The notes beneath the pieces are model-generated. The model searched no databases and was not told the DNA's origin. It saw only the letters and a list, made by a program, of their open reading frames with translations. Positions 44,025-54,403 of a DNA stretch of 64,000 nt are shown here, piece by piece; the stretch's first letter is position 1; each line of letters opens with the position of its first letter. The position numbers and the translations under genes were made by a program. The stretch comes from Cyanobacteria bacterium P01_D01_bin.156 (lineage in GTDB: Bacteria; Cyanobacteriota; Cyanobacteriia; Phormidesmidales; Phormidesmidaceae): positions 20,015 to 84,014 of the forward strand of contig JBCCQQ010000022.1 in the NCBI GenBank assembly GCA_039024555.1. The letters are read 5' to 3'.

Positions 44025-44933
44025 TCAGTAGTACTGCCTAGGCAATGTGTAATCTTCCTCTACCCAGACCTGAGTGCTCACAGGGCCATAGTGATTACGT
44101 AAGACACCATCCACGCGCTCCCCAATCGTTCGAGACATGGTGAGAAATTCTGGATGCACCGCTAAGTAAAGTTCAATCCAAACCTGACGTCCCACCATCC
44201 CTCGGGAACGAATTCGATTACAGCGGGTGACTCCTTCTACTGTGGTCACGACTTGGGCAATGGCTTCGGGAGCAATAGCCGTTGGCCTAAGCAACATCGG
44301 TAACTGATTATTGAGAACACGCCAAAAACTATGGAGTGTCAAAATAATCAGTGCGATCGCCATCAGTGGATCAAGCCAACTGTAGCCTTGCCACATGCCC
44401 ACTAGCGCCAACAGCATCACCATACTTAACCAACCATCACCCAATACATGCTGCGTTGTTAGCTTGAGCGCCACACTCCCTAAAAATCTGCCCTGGTAAG
44501 ATACGAGCCAGGCTAACGTTAATGAAATCGCCACCATCGCAGCCATCAACTGCATCAGCACGACCGTTACTTCCACTGGGAAAGGATTGACGATTCCCCC
44601 TGTCGCATCCTCGAACTGCCCTATGGCAACCAGCAAGATATTGACACCAAAAAAACCTAAGAGAGCGGCTAAAATCAATGCCCCCCCCGCCTCACCCCGG
44701 CCATGGCCCCATATTTCTCGTCCCAGAATCCGCTGAGGTGAGGCCACAGCTGTAAGGCTCAGAGCAGTACTGAAAACGTCGATCAGAGTATGGAGTGACT
44801 CTGCCAGCAAACTAATCGACTGACTCACCCAGCCAGCCGTGACTTCAATTGTCAGAATTACTAAATTAGCCCACAGCATTACCAGCAACAAGCGATAGCA
44901 TGTTTGCCTTTGCTGCCCGGTATTTACAACCAT
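44025..44933 (-). CDS. Cation diffusion facilitator family transporter
   Basis: Six TM segments, HTLID and HVLGD metal-site motifs, GHGR.E, WLDP, IRSRG. Confidence 0.9.
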   Translation of the reverse strand: MVVNTGQQRQTCYRLLLVMLWANLVILTIEVTAGWVSQSISLLAESLHTLIDVFSTALSLTAVASPQRILGREIWGHGRGEAGGALILAALLGFFGVNILLVAIGQFEDATGGIVNPFPVEVTVVLMQLMAAMVAISLTLAWLVSYQGRFLGSVALKLTTQHVLGDGWLSMVMLLALVGMWQGYSWLDPLMAIALIILTLHSFWRVLNNQLPMLLRPTAIAPEAIAQVVTTVEGVTRCNRIRSRGMVGRQVWIELYLAVHPEFLTMSRTIGERVDGVLRNHYGPVSTQVWVEEDYTLPRQYY

Positions 44934-45132
44934 TCATTTAGGATGTGAGCAACCGCTAAAGCCTTGGAATAGTACCAGCTATGAGTAATTTAATCCACTC
45001 AAGCTCAAGCACCTCAGCAATCATTCAAACCCAGAACAGTCCTCAAAGCTCTCTTAAAAACCAGACATCGAACGTGAAGAAAACCGATGACTAGCTTTGC
45101 ATGATGTGTCTAGATGAAGCTCGAGAAAATTT

Positions 45133-45203
45133 AAAAGCAGAAAGGGTGCCGACGACTGGCCGTGTTTCGTCTCGGCACCCTTACTGGTTCGCTCCTCACA
45201 CAC
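45133..45203 (-). ncRNA. yfr2: Yfr2-family small RNA
   Basis: 5' GTGTGTGAGGAGCGAA, then stem AAGGGTGCCGA..GAAACACGG..TCGGCACCCTT and a T-tail. TATCCT -10 box lies 6 nt upstream. Confidence 0.8.
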
Positions 45204-45356
45204 AATATAAGGATAGGCCACATGGCGGAGTTTGTCACCCCCTAACAATTTCTCTAGTTATTGCTTCCCATTGAGACTCAATCGGCAAGCATTTTTTGCT
45301 CGCAATCAGCATGTACAGATTGGGTAAGAACGCACACATCACAGATGATGAAGGCT

Positions 45357-46169
45357 CTAAAACTGCTCTGCTAATTGATACCCCCAGGTGTCAATTAGCA
45401 AGCGCTTCAGCAACAGCCGAGTAGTTTTAACCCAAGGGATAATACTTTTCACAGTACCCAGTGAGGCATGGCTTGTTTGACCAACACACTGGTCCAATGC
45501 CATCACCAGCTTGCTAGCCTGATGCAAAAGCTGAGTCGACGTAGCTTCGTCCCAGATATCACAAATATCAAGCAAACCATCTACAAGCCCCTCAAGGTAG
45601 GACCAAGGAATAATAAAAGGCTGGTCTGGAGCGGCTGGGCAATAGCACGCTAAGTCCTCTAACGGCTGATTTGCCGACCAGCGATGACATAACTCATAGC
45701 CAGCCTGCAGTTGCCAGAGCAATTGAGAGTCTATTGATGGCACATCCTGCACCCATAAGTGAGTCAGCCCATCGTGATTAAGCCATTGCCGAATACCCTG
45801 TTGAGAGATCACAAATTCTAAACAGCCCCGATCAGTTTTGCGTACATGAGACCAAACGGAGCTGGCATCAGACTCTTTCAGCAAAGATAACAGTACGGAG
45901 GCAATTAAATCGGCGGGGCGTTGCCAGGTGTTAGCAACACTCAGTGGAAATGCTGAGAAATATGTAACTGTTTCGTTACATGACACCTTTTTTACGGGAA
46001 TGTTCTGATGACAAATCTTTGTGATTTTACCGATGCTTAATAGAACCTCTGAATATCTAACAGGAGTGTGAAGGTTTAAAGCATTGTTTCCCTGGTTGAT
46101 CCGATAAAGATCGTCAATCTTTGCAGCCAACTCAGACTGCAATGTCCGTTTTAACGAAAACCATGTCAT
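45357..46169 (-). CDS. Truncated arginyl-tRNA-synthetase-like (DALR-type) protein
   Basis: ArgRS N-domain-like region (Y.SA.PL.VA, G.LEF..S...I..WL) and a helical C-terminus ending LL...G....EQ. No HIGH motif. Confidence 0.65.
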   Translation of the reverse strand: MTWFSLKRTLQSELAAKIDDLYRINQGNNALNLHTPVRYSEVLLSIGKITKICHQNIPVKKVSCNETVTYFSAFPLSVANTWQRPADLIASVLLSLLKESDASSVWSHVRKTDRGCLEFVISQQGIRQWLNHDGLTHLWVQDVPSIDSQLLWQLQAGYELCHRWSANQPLEDLACYCPAAPDQPFIIPWSYLEGLVDGLLDICDIWDEATSTQLLHQASKLVMALDQCVGQTSHASLGTVKSIIPWVKTTRLLLKRLLIDTWGYQLAEQF

Positions 46170-46554
46170 ATTTGTAGTGAACTCAGTAAAAGTACAGATT
46201 TAGCTCTGTTTATTCTCGGTGGGAGATATAAGTAGACATACCCAAACCTTCTGAATTTTCAACCAACTCCTTCAAGGAAAGCTGAAGAAAACATAAAGAA
46301 GCTATTTTCAGGATGCCATCCCAATTAACTGTTTGTATTAATGTACTTAATGTATTTGTTTCGTCGGCTGTTCGTAGTTTTACGGTTGACAAATACATTA
46401 GTTCTTTGACAAACGACGTAGGGCTTTTAAGAAATACTTATTAATTTACATAACCAATGACGACTGGGGCGCATCAACACCTGAAGTTTTCTTTACATGA
46501 GAACCTTCTAGCTACTTGCTTTGGCTCAAAACTCTATGTCTTGACACTAGGTAA

Positions 46555-47301
46555 ATGACACTAACTGAATTCTCAACAACTTCCAACGCCTTTCCCATGT
46601 CCTCATCTATCCCATCAGATGACGCTCGGCCATTTCATGTATGGCAACGCATGCTTGATTGGGCCCAGGAGCACTATCGTTGCCGTACCTTTAGCAAAGA
46701 TGAACGCATTCCTACGCGTCCGGGATTACTTTATCTAGTGCAGCAGGGCGCCGTACGGTTGGTGGGAAGTGCGCAAGTGAGTGCTACCTTGAAACAGCAG
46801 AAAAGTTCTTCAGCGCGGGTTCCTCTTGTTGCAGCAGAAGAAGCCTTCTTAGGGTTTGTTGGCGCTGGTCATCCATTTGAAATCGTTGCCCAGCCTCCCT
46901 TTACACTGCAGAGCTTTTCCCATGTGGACAACACTACAATTGTGTGGCTTTATTGGAATGACTTAGATACCTGGCCACATTTTCGTCGTGAAGTTCTAGA
47001 CGCATTTCGACGTCACCACCAGCGGAAATTACTATGGCTCAGCACATTAGGCCAGCGTCGTACGATTGATCGTCTACTGGGCTTTCTAACACTTCTAGTA
47101 GATGAGTATGGTGAACCTTGTGAGCAAGGCTATTACCTTCCCTTCCCGCTGACCCATGCGCAGATTGGCAGTGCGATTGGTTCTACGCGGGTGACAGTAA
47201 CGCGCTTAATGGGTAAGCTGCGTCAACGTGGTTTAATCCAAACCCATGGTGAGAACTTAATCAGTATTCCCTTTGATGCCAGCCTCAAGCAGCAGGGTTA
47301 A
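46555..47301 (+). CDS. devH: Crp/Fnr family regulator DevH
   Basis: WQRMLDWAQEHYRCRTFSKDERIP.RPGLLYLV and LTHAQIGSAIGSTRVTVTRL, close to Nostoc DevH as recalled. Start may be 46597. Confidence 0.88.
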   Translation: MTLTEFSTTSNAFPMSSSIPSDDARPFHVWQRMLDWAQEHYRCRTFSKDERIPTRPGLLYLVQQGAVRLVGSAQVSATLKQQKSSSARVPLVAAEEAFLGFVGAGHPFEIVAQPPFTLQSFSHVDNTTIVWLYWNDLDTWPHFRREVLDAFRRHHQRKLLWLSTLGQRRTIDRLLGFLTLLVDEYGEPCEQGYYLPFPLTHAQIGSAIGSTRVTVTRLMGKLRQRGLIQTHGENLISIPFDASLKQQG

Positions 47302-47323
47302 TTGAATAGCCATAGACCGAAAG

Positions 47324-47362
47324 AAAGGCAGAGCTAGTTTGTAGCTCTGCCTTTTCAGTTTT
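47324..47362. terminator. Bidirectional terminator
   Basis: AAAGGCAGAGCTA-GTTTG-TAGCTCTGCCTTT between convergent genes. Confidence 0.85.
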
Positions 47363-47438
47363 TACAGCAAACTGCTTAACAGGGAAGCATTGCCCCATTT
47401 TGACTAGCTTCGTAGCGCAATAAAACAGCGCTACAAGG

Positions 47439-49508
47439 CTATTGAATTTTTGCAAATCCTGCTGCATTCAAAGCAGCCTGACCTTCTTGGGAAAGTAAGA
47501 GCTCAGCATAGGCTTTGCCAATAGGATTATCTACACTGCTGACGACATACAGCTGCCTTGTGAGTGGATAATCTCCTGATGCAAATCCAACAAGGTTCGG
47601 TTGATTCCGTTGCCCCGGACAGTTCTCTAGGTCAACGAAAGGCTCTTCGTAGGGAGGCTGCTGATCAATCGCGAGAGGTTTAACCGTACACTGGCCAACG
47701 ACTTCTGGAGCAGACGCAAAATAAATTGTGCCGGGTGTACTCCCGGTTAACCGTAACGCTTCTGTGGTGTTAGGCCTGCGTTGAACATTCGTTGCCAACG
47801 CCTCACCATTGAGTACGGTTTGGCTAAAGAAAGCCACTGTCCCCCCAACGTCATCGCGGGAAATTGGCACGATAGGTAAGTCTGGTCCTGCCAATTGCTG
47901 CCAGTTCACCACACGGCCAGTGTAAATATCTCTCAACTCAGACAAACTCAGACGTTGAAGAGGCAATGTAGGATGGACAACAATAGCCACACCTTCAATA
48001 GCTACAGGAAACTCTTCTAAACTGAGCCCTTGTTGTTGGGCTTGCTGTTTTTCAGTGCTACTGAGGGGGCGAGAAGTTTGGGCAAAGTCGAGTTCGCCAT
48101 TGATCAACATTTGGATACCTGTAGATGAGCCAGGCGATGCAGTCGTAGGTGTCTGATAAGTGAGCTGCAGACTTGGAATTGCCTGCTGGATCTGAGCATC
48201 AACAATGCCTCGAATCGGTGCCCAGGTGGTACTGCCACCATAGGTGAACTGTCCTGCAGGTACCTCTACCTCATTAAAGGTATCAACAGTTGCGATCGCA
48301 ACTGTTTTCAACTCTCCGCCAGGTAAACCATTTTGCTTAATCCACCACCCTCCTAAAGCAGCTAACAATCCGAGAAGAACCAGGACTAGCAACCAAGGAC
48401 GCAGCAATTTTTTCTGGGTCCGTTGGGGCGAGGGTAAAGTTTTCTGATGAGATGGCTTAATCGGAGCTGCAGAGGGCGATTTAACCGGAATGGGTGGAGG
48501 TGGTGCAGCTACCGCCACGGCTGGCGGCGTCTTTGAGGGCGGCACAACAGACGGAGAACTGCCCTGAGACACCAACAAAGCGTCTAATGTGGATTGAGCA
48601 CTGGCATATCGATCTTGAGGGCTCGGATTCAACAGCTTATCGAGAACAGCAGACAAGGTCTTATCTTTAATCTGAACGTGATTTTGCCACTGCCAACGAT
48701 TACTGTAGCTATCGAATAAAGTCGTTGTTTCTTTACCTGTGAGTAGGACCACACAGGTCACTGCTAACGAGTAAAGGTCAGATGCAGGAAAAACCTGCCC
48801 CCCGGTCACTTGTTCAGGAGGAGCATAGCCAGTCGTGTAAATCCCTGTAGATTTATTAGATGTTGTTGCACCGGTCACCTGCTTAACCGCCCCAAAATCC
48901 AACAGATACAGCTGGTTATCGACCGTCTTCATAATGTTGGAGGGTTTAATATCGCGGTGAATAGCCCCGTTTTGATGGACAAAGTCCAATACTTTCAAAA
49001 TGGAAATGAGAATAGCCTTCACCGCCCCTTCGGGCAAGGCTCCACGACGATTGAGAATTTGTTCTAGGTCTTCACCATCAATAAATTCTTGCACCAAGTA
49101 GAAGTATTCTTCATCCTCACCCGAGGTGGGAGACTTGACCACCATGGGGAAATAGGCATAGAGATCGGGAATTTGGGGATGCTGATTCCCCAGACGTTCA
49201 AGTACTTCAGCCTCACGGGCAAAGAGCTGTTGGGCAATTTGTAGCTGCTGCGGATTGAGTTGGGAAGATGGTTGAAATAATTTCACCACACAGGGACGTT
49301 GGGTCGGCGTGTAGCGATCGCAGGCATAGTAAGCGGCCCCAAACCCTCCTTGCCCCAACAGTCGCGTTGGCAAATAGCGACCGCTTAGGATTAACGGCAT
49401 GCCACAGTTTGTACAAAACAGCTGGGGTGCTGTTTGAATCGACTTGGCTAAACTGGGATGAGGATTTATTGGCCGAGCACATCCGGGCCGAGTGCAGTGT
49501 AATTGCAT
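47439..49508 (-). CDS. Ser/Thr protein kinase with N-terminal 4-Cys motif, TM helix and C-terminal PstS-like binding domain
   Basis: CTRPGC/CTNCG; GQGGFG, IHRDIKPSN, DFG, GYAPPE; Pro-rich linker; TM; YGGSTT, GSSTG, YPLTRQLY. Confidence 0.92.
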   Translation of the reverse strand: MQLHCTRPGCARPINPHPSLAKSIQTAPQLFCTNCGMPLILSGRYLPTRLLGQGGFGAAYYACDRYTPTQRPCVVKLFQPSSQLNPQQLQIAQQLFAREAEVLERLGNQHPQIPDLYAYFPMVVKSPTSGEDEEYFYLVQEFIDGEDLEQILNRRGALPEGAVKAILISILKVLDFVHQNGAIHRDIKPSNIMKTVDNQLYLLDFGAVKQVTGATTSNKSTGIYTTGYAPPEQVTGGQVFPASDLYSLAVTCVVLLTGKETTTLFDSYSNRWQWQNHVQIKDKTLSAVLDKLLNPSPQDRYASAQSTLDALLVSQGSSPSVVPPSKTPPAVAVAAPPPPIPVKSPSAAPIKPSHQKTLPSPQRTQKKLLRPWLLVLVLLGLLAALGGWWIKQNGLPGGELKTVAIATVDTFNEVEVPAGQFTYGGSTTWAPIRGIVDAQIQQAIPSLQLTYQTPTTASPGSSTGIQMLINGELDFAQTSRPLSSTEKQQAQQQGLSLEEFPVAIEGVAIVVHPTLPLQRLSLSELRDIYTGRVVNWQQLAGPDLPIVPISRDDVGGTVAFFSQTVLNGEALATNVQRRPNTTEALRLTGSTPGTIYFASAPEVVGQCTVKPLAIDQQPPYEEPFVDLENCPGQRNQPNLVGFASGDYPLTRQLYVVSSVDNPIGKAYAELLLSQEGQAALNAAGFAKIQ

Positions 49509-49563
49509 GGAACAGCATCGGAACGACGCAGGGATAGAAGGTTAGTTATATAACAACAACAGC

Positions 49564-50604
49564 CTAACTGCTCTCTTCTACGGAACGTTGTTCCGTAGAT
49601 GGACTATTGGCCGATGTCTTGGCAGCAGTTGCCTGGGCCGTCCCATTTTTTTTGCGTTCCGAACGCTGGTCAAAGTCGATATCACGATTCGTAAACTGAG
49701 GCAAGATTTCCTTGGTAAACGCTCCTGCAGCCGTCGAGCGATAGCGATTGGGATTAAAAATCACTGATAGGGTACGCTTCACGACCACCGAATCAATTTT
49801 GGCCCGGTGTAAAACTCCCATCTGTAATTCCTTCTCAATCGCAGAAATGGATACAAAAGCAACACCCAGTCCTGACTGCACCGCATTTTTAATTGCCTCA
49901 ATGGAATTGAGCTCCATTTCAATACGCAGTCGCCGAGTTTCAATGCCACAACGCGTCAGCACCTGGTCGATGACCTTACGGATAGTGGATTGAGAGTCGA
50001 GAGAAATAAACTTCAGCTTATAGAGATCTTCACGCTGAATAGCCTGACTGCTGGCCAACGGATGAAACACCGGCATAATCAATGCCAACTCATCTTCAGC
50101 ATAGGGAATTATCTCCAGCGAATCTTGCAGTTCCGGAGGCACCTCACCTCCAATAATTGCTAGATCAATTTGTCCATTGCCTACGCTCCAGGATGTACGG
50201 CGGGTGGAATGGACATGCAGCTGAACTGCCACATCGGGATAGCGCTGCCGAAATAGGCCAATCATCCTAGGTAGCAGATAGGTACCAGTCGTTTGACTAG
50301 CCCCTACAATCAGCGTACCTCCCTGCAATTTTTGTAAATCTTCAATAGCGCGGCAAGTCTCTTGGCAAAGACTCAAAATGCGATCGCCATACTCCAGCAG
50401 CAAATGCCCCGCTTCTGTAAGCTGAGCCCGGCGGCCACCCCGATCAAAGAGAGGGACATCCAGCTGGCGCTCCAAATTTTGGACCTGGAGACTGACAGCG
50501 GGCTGGGAAACGTACAGGCTATCGGCAGCTCGCTTAAAACTACCCTCCGCCGCAATCGCCTTGAGAATGCGCAATTGATCTAACGTAAACGGGAGGTCAG
50601 ACAT
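49564..50604 (-). CDS. rbcR: LysR family regulator, Ycf30/RbcR (PacR) type
   Basis: [65 protein letters not shown]. Confidence 0.9.
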   Translation of the reverse strand: MSDLPFTLDQLRILKAIAAEGSFKRAADSLYVSQPAVSLQVQNLERQLDVPLFDRGGRRAQLTEAGHLLLEYGDRILSLCQETCRAIEDLQKLQGGTLIVGASQTTGTYLLPRMIGLFRQRYPDVAVQLHVHSTRRTSWSVGNGQIDLAIIGGEVPPELQDSLEIIPYAEDELALIMPVFHPLASSQAIQREDLYKLKFISLDSQSTIRKVIDQVLTRCGIETRRLRIEMELNSIEAIKNAVQSGLGVAFVSISAIEKELQMGVLHRAKIDSVVVKRTLSVIFNPNRYRSTAAGAFTKEILPQFTNRDIDFDQRSERKKNGTAQATAAKTSANSPSTEQRSVEESS

Positions 50605-50928
50605 AACGGTTAGGGTGTCAACGCCGGTATTTCAAACAAGAGCCGTGGCATGTTCCATAAAAACCTGGCAAGAGCATTATAAGTAATCAGATGCCGCTAC
50701 TGTACCGCTGTTGACAAGCTAACAAACGACTTAACACGTCAGAGCCCACAGAATATATAGCTTAATCATTCCTTATGAAGGGAGAATAGACTAAAACATT
50801 AACTAATATGTCGATTTGCCGATCAAACTTATCTCAAGATTTTTGCGATCGCATGATTGTTGCCTGTTCATCCATTTCTAACCATATCCCTGGTCTCTAA
50901 TTGTCGTCATTTGTCTGGTCTGGAGTCC

Positions 50929-51678
50929 ATGCAGCACCAACTCATTCAAAAATTTATACAACTCCCCAATATTGTTGGATTCAGCCTCATACCCTTAGGT
51001 CAGACTATATCCTCCGACGACATTTACTCCGTTGGCTTTAAAGACGGCAATTGTCCCAAACAGCACCCTTTACTGGTACAAGGCATCCAGCAAATTCTCC
51101 ACACCACACCAGATTCACTCGAGCACTGTAACTTTCACTTTGGCGACGAACATCACATAGACCTGCATAAAGTAGAAAATCAGGCTATTTTGCTGGTTGT
51201 TAGTAAAGGGCAGACATCCCATGAATACCTCAAAGCAATTAGCGAGCTAATACACTTTATTAAGGCGGATTACACCACACTCGTTGAAAGTATCAACGCC
51301 ACCAATGCTGACGAGTCCTCAGAAGACATATCTGCAGTCACCCATACCCTTCTTACCACTCGTCTCGACGATCTCCTAGAAGCCATGAACAGTATCAGTC
51401 AAATCACGAGCCGATATCTAGGAGCACGGCTCGTAGCCGATCATTGGCGAAACACTCAGCTGGAAGATTTGATATGGATGCAACAATTTCAGATTTCCGC
51501 CGATGGCACCCTCAGTATTTCCGGTCGCCTTCCAGAACTTACACCGGAGCAGCTAACAGCGATACGGTTATGGACAAAGCGTTTTCATCAGCGATGTCAT
51601 CGATTTATTCGAGACTATGACACCCTGGTGGAGCAATCCCTACCCAGGCACCATTGGCAGCTGTTATTTGGTGAATAG
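50929..51678 (+). CDS. Hypothetical protein (possible Roadblock/longin-like N-domain)
   Basis: IQKFIQLPNIVGFSL...QGIQQI..TTP; C-terminal YLG..LV...W..T and W...F...C...I.D motifs; GGAG RBS. Confidence 0.7.
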   Translation: MQHQLIQKFIQLPNIVGFSLIPLGQTISSDDIYSVGFKDGNCPKQHPLLVQGIQQILHTTPDSLEHCNFHFGDEHHIDLHKVENQAILLVVSKGQTSHEYLKAISELIHFIKADYTTLVESINATNADESSEDISAVTHTLLTTRLDDLLEAMNSISQITSRYLGARLVADHWRNTQLEDLIWMQQFQISADGTLSISGRLPELTPEQLTAIRLWTKRFHQRCHRFIRDYDTLVEQSLPRHHWQLLFGE

Positions 51679-51780
51679 TGGCGATTCTTTCAAAAAAGAG
51701 CTCATAGCACAACTCTGTAGAGGTCTTGATAGAAACCAGCCTCAAAGCTTAGACATTGCTTTAGTACGCTAAGGATTTTT

Positions 51781-52266
51781 ATGGCAAAAACAGTCCGCTT
51801 AGAACCGATTGAACAAGAAAGCTCGGTAGAAACCAACGGCAATTTGCTATCGGTTTTGCTACATCAAGACCTGAGTGTTCTGAAGGAATGTGGTGGACGC
51901 GGTATGTGTGCCACCTGTCATATCTATGTCAATGATGGCATGGCCGCACTAACTCCCATCAGCCGGCGAGAGCAGCGTACCCTATCCATCATTACTTCTT
52001 GCCAGGCTAATTCTCGATTGGCGTGTCAGGCAAGGGTTATGGGAAACGGAGTCATAGTCGAGCTGCCCCCCGGTATGTACGTGCGTTCTGTTCAAGATAT
52101 TGAACCTTTGATTGGCCGCCGGGCCGATCAAGACCTATTACACCCACTGACTGGCACAGTGCTAGTAGAGCAAGGCAAACTCATCACCCGCTCGATGCTA
52201 CGCCAGATTGAGCATAGCAAGGAGCTCAAACTCGATGAATATTTCAAGCACAGTACCCAAGGCTAG
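51781..52266 (+). CDS. 2Fe-2S ferredoxin with C-terminal extension
   Basis: CGGRGMCATCH...SRLACQ (adrenodoxin-type Cys spacing) plus LIGRRA...LHP.TG.VLVE.GKLITRS extension. Confidence 0.9.
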   Translation: MAKTVRLEPIEQESSVETNGNLLSVLLHQDLSVLKECGGRGMCATCHIYVNDGMAALTPISRREQRTLSIITSCQANSRLACQARVMGNGVIVELPPGMYVRSVQDIEPLIGRRADQDLLHPLTGTVLVEQGKLITRSMLRQIEHSKELKLDEYFKHSTQG

Positions 52267-52550
52267 GATATGCCCGACGCTCGCCTGGCCAGATTCTTTC
52301 AGAAAAAATCATCCCGAGCAGCAGCAACGCGTCTACATTTACCCCTCAGATATTTGAATTTAGTCCGTAACAATATATTGACACTTGAAGTCTTCAACAC
52401 TATTTAGGCCAACACAATCTAATATTTTTATTAAAGGATTTAGTATCCTATCGGTCTTTATGGATTTATACCAACTTTTAACATAGACATACGTGGCACC
52501 TTTCATCTCCAGCGCTACCTTTCATGACAGAGTTTTCGTAGTGAATATTG

Positions 52551-53639
52551 ATGGCTACCGATAGACCCGCTAACCTCAGTTCTCGCCAACAACAAGTAAT
52601 GCGTTCAACGGTACGGCACTACGTGACAACCGTTGAACCCGTAGCATCGAAAGCCCTGTTAGAGGCCTTTGACCTGAATGTCAGTGCAGCGACAATCCGT
52701 AATGTCATGGGAGCTTTGGAGCGGGCTGGATTTCTATATCAACCCCACACGTCTGCGGGACGAGTACCCTCCGATTCAGGGTATCGGCTGTATGTTGACA
52801 AACTTATCCAACCTTCTAAACCAGCTGCCCAGCGTACTGATCGGCTGCTGAATCAACAGTTGAAATGTCAGGGCTGGAGTGTGGAAGCATTGCTCCAGGA
52901 AGCGGCTCAGATTTTGGCACATTTGAGTGGCTATGTTGCCCTAGTAACCCTGCCTCAGCTTGAGAAAATGGTAGTTAAACACCTACAGTTAGTTCAACTT
53001 TCAGCGGACCAGATGCTACTGGTTGTAGTGCTCGAGGGCTATGGCTCTGAATCAATGGTTATCAGGCTGCCCCAGGGCACCACCGGCATCACAAACACGG
53101 AAGAAACCATTGACCTAACCCGGGAGCTACAGATTTTATCTAACTTTTTGACCAGTCAGCTGCGTGGGCGTCCCCTCTCAGAAATATCCACTTTAGACTG
53201 GGACGAGGTCGATACGGCAGAGCATCACGTTTTGGCATTGTGCAAAGCCATTGACGAACTGGCTCAGCGAAAACGACGTCCCTACACTCACATTCTGATG
53301 ACTGGCATGGCAGATGTGCTCAGCCAGCCAGAATTTTCTGAGCAGGGCCAACTGCGAAATTTGGTATCCCTACTAGCTGAGGAGCGCGAACAGCTATGGC
53401 CACTCATGTGTGCTGATGAGCACCATCCCTTAAAAATTTGGATTGGCCAAGAAAATCCCTTAGAACCGATGCAGGGGTGCGCTTTGATTGCGGCACCTTA
53501 TAATCGCGATTCTATGGCAGTGGGCAGCGTTGGGGTCATGGGGCCAACACGAATGCTGTATGAAGACACCATTGCAACGGTAGAGGCGACATCCAGCTAC
53601 CTATCGGAAATCATGTCTGGTTTAGATGTCAACCAGTAG
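52551..53639 (+). CDS. hrcA: Heat-inducible transcription repressor
   Basis: EPVAS, SAATIRN.M, QPHTSAGRVPSD.GYR.YVD, IG.EN, GPTRM.Y. Confidence 0.95.
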   Translation: MATDRPANLSSRQQQVMRSTVRHYVTTVEPVASKALLEAFDLNVSAATIRNVMGALERAGFLYQPHTSAGRVPSDSGYRLYVDKLIQPSKPAAQRTDRLLNQQLKCQGWSVEALLQEAAQILAHLSGYVALVTLPQLEKMVVKHLQLVQLSADQMLLVVVLEGYGSESMVIRLPQGTTGITNTEETIDLTRELQILSNFLTSQLRGRPLSEISTLDWDEVDTAEHHVLALCKAIDELAQRKRRPYTHILMTGMADVLSQPEFSEQGQLRNLVSLLAEEREQLWPLMCADEHHPLKIWIGQENPLEPMQGCALIAAPYNRDSMAVGSVGVMGPTRMLYEDTIATVEATSSYLSEIMSGLDVNQ

Positions 53640-54211
53640 GCAGCAATCACGCCACCGATAAAACCAAATAGGTGACTTTCCCAGGAGATTCCAGGTTGGG
53701 TTGGAAATAATCCCCAAAACATGGCACCGTAGGTCACCAAAATAAATAGAGCGATCGCAATTGCCCCCACGGTTCGTTCATAAAAACCACGGCCTATCAA
53801 AAAACCAACATAGCCAAAAACCAAACCGCTAGCACCAATGTGGACGGATTGACCTGCCACCAATAGACCTCCTAATAACCATGTACCTGCTCCCCCCAGA
53901 AAGGTAATGATCACCGTTGCCATAATCCAGGTGCGGATAGATTGAAGCATCACCCACCAGCTCAACGTAAGCAAAGGTACTGTATTCGCAATTAGATGTC
54001 TAAAATCTCCATGGAGAAACGGCGCAAACCCAATCCCCCAAATCCCACTCAAAGAACGGGGACGAATACCGTATTGGTTGAGACGGCCTCTAAAAAGAAA
54101 AAAATCTATAATCTCGATAGACCAAAGAACTATCAATATGGCACCCAAGAACTGAAATCGGGCCGTTGCTGCGGATTTTAACTCAGTGAGTAATGGACGA
54201 TTAGAGGACAT
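53597..54211 (-). CDS. Rhomboid family intramembrane serine protease
   Basis: PFLHG..HL..N, GASG, ISWESHLFG. Confidence 0.92.
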   Translation of the reverse strand: MSSNRPLLTELKSAATARFQFLGAILIVLWSIEIIDFFLFRGRLNQYGIRPRSLSGIWGIGFAPFLHGDFRHLIANTVPLLTLSWWVMLQSIRTWIMATVIITFLGGAGTWLLGGLLVAGQSVHIGASGLVFGYVGFLIGRGFYERTVGAIAIALFILVTYGAMFWGLFPTQPGISWESHLFGFIGGVIAAYWLTSKPDMISDR

Positions 54212-54403
54212 GGGTTGAGGATGGTCTGAACTTAAGATTTGGGCAGCCTAAATGATGCACACCGAAGTAAATGCGGGCTTCTTATCCAGCTTTTGGTTGC
54301 CGTAACCAAGGGTTATCTACCTGTGTGGCCTAACAGCTCGAACTTTAAGACCCTAGGTATAGGGTAAGCCAACTCCCTAAAAGTTGCCGTTTTACATAAC
54401 GAC

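Noticed and set aside
45054..45248. 64-aa ORF, and a Yfr1-like CTCCTCACAC motif on the + strand
   Set aside because: Both are explained by the minus-strand Yfr2 sRNA. The + strand motif is its complement and lacks the two flanking Yfr1 hairpins.
52270..52550. CIRCE element upstream of hrcA
   Set aside because: No TTAGCACTC-N9-GAGTGCTAA match was found.
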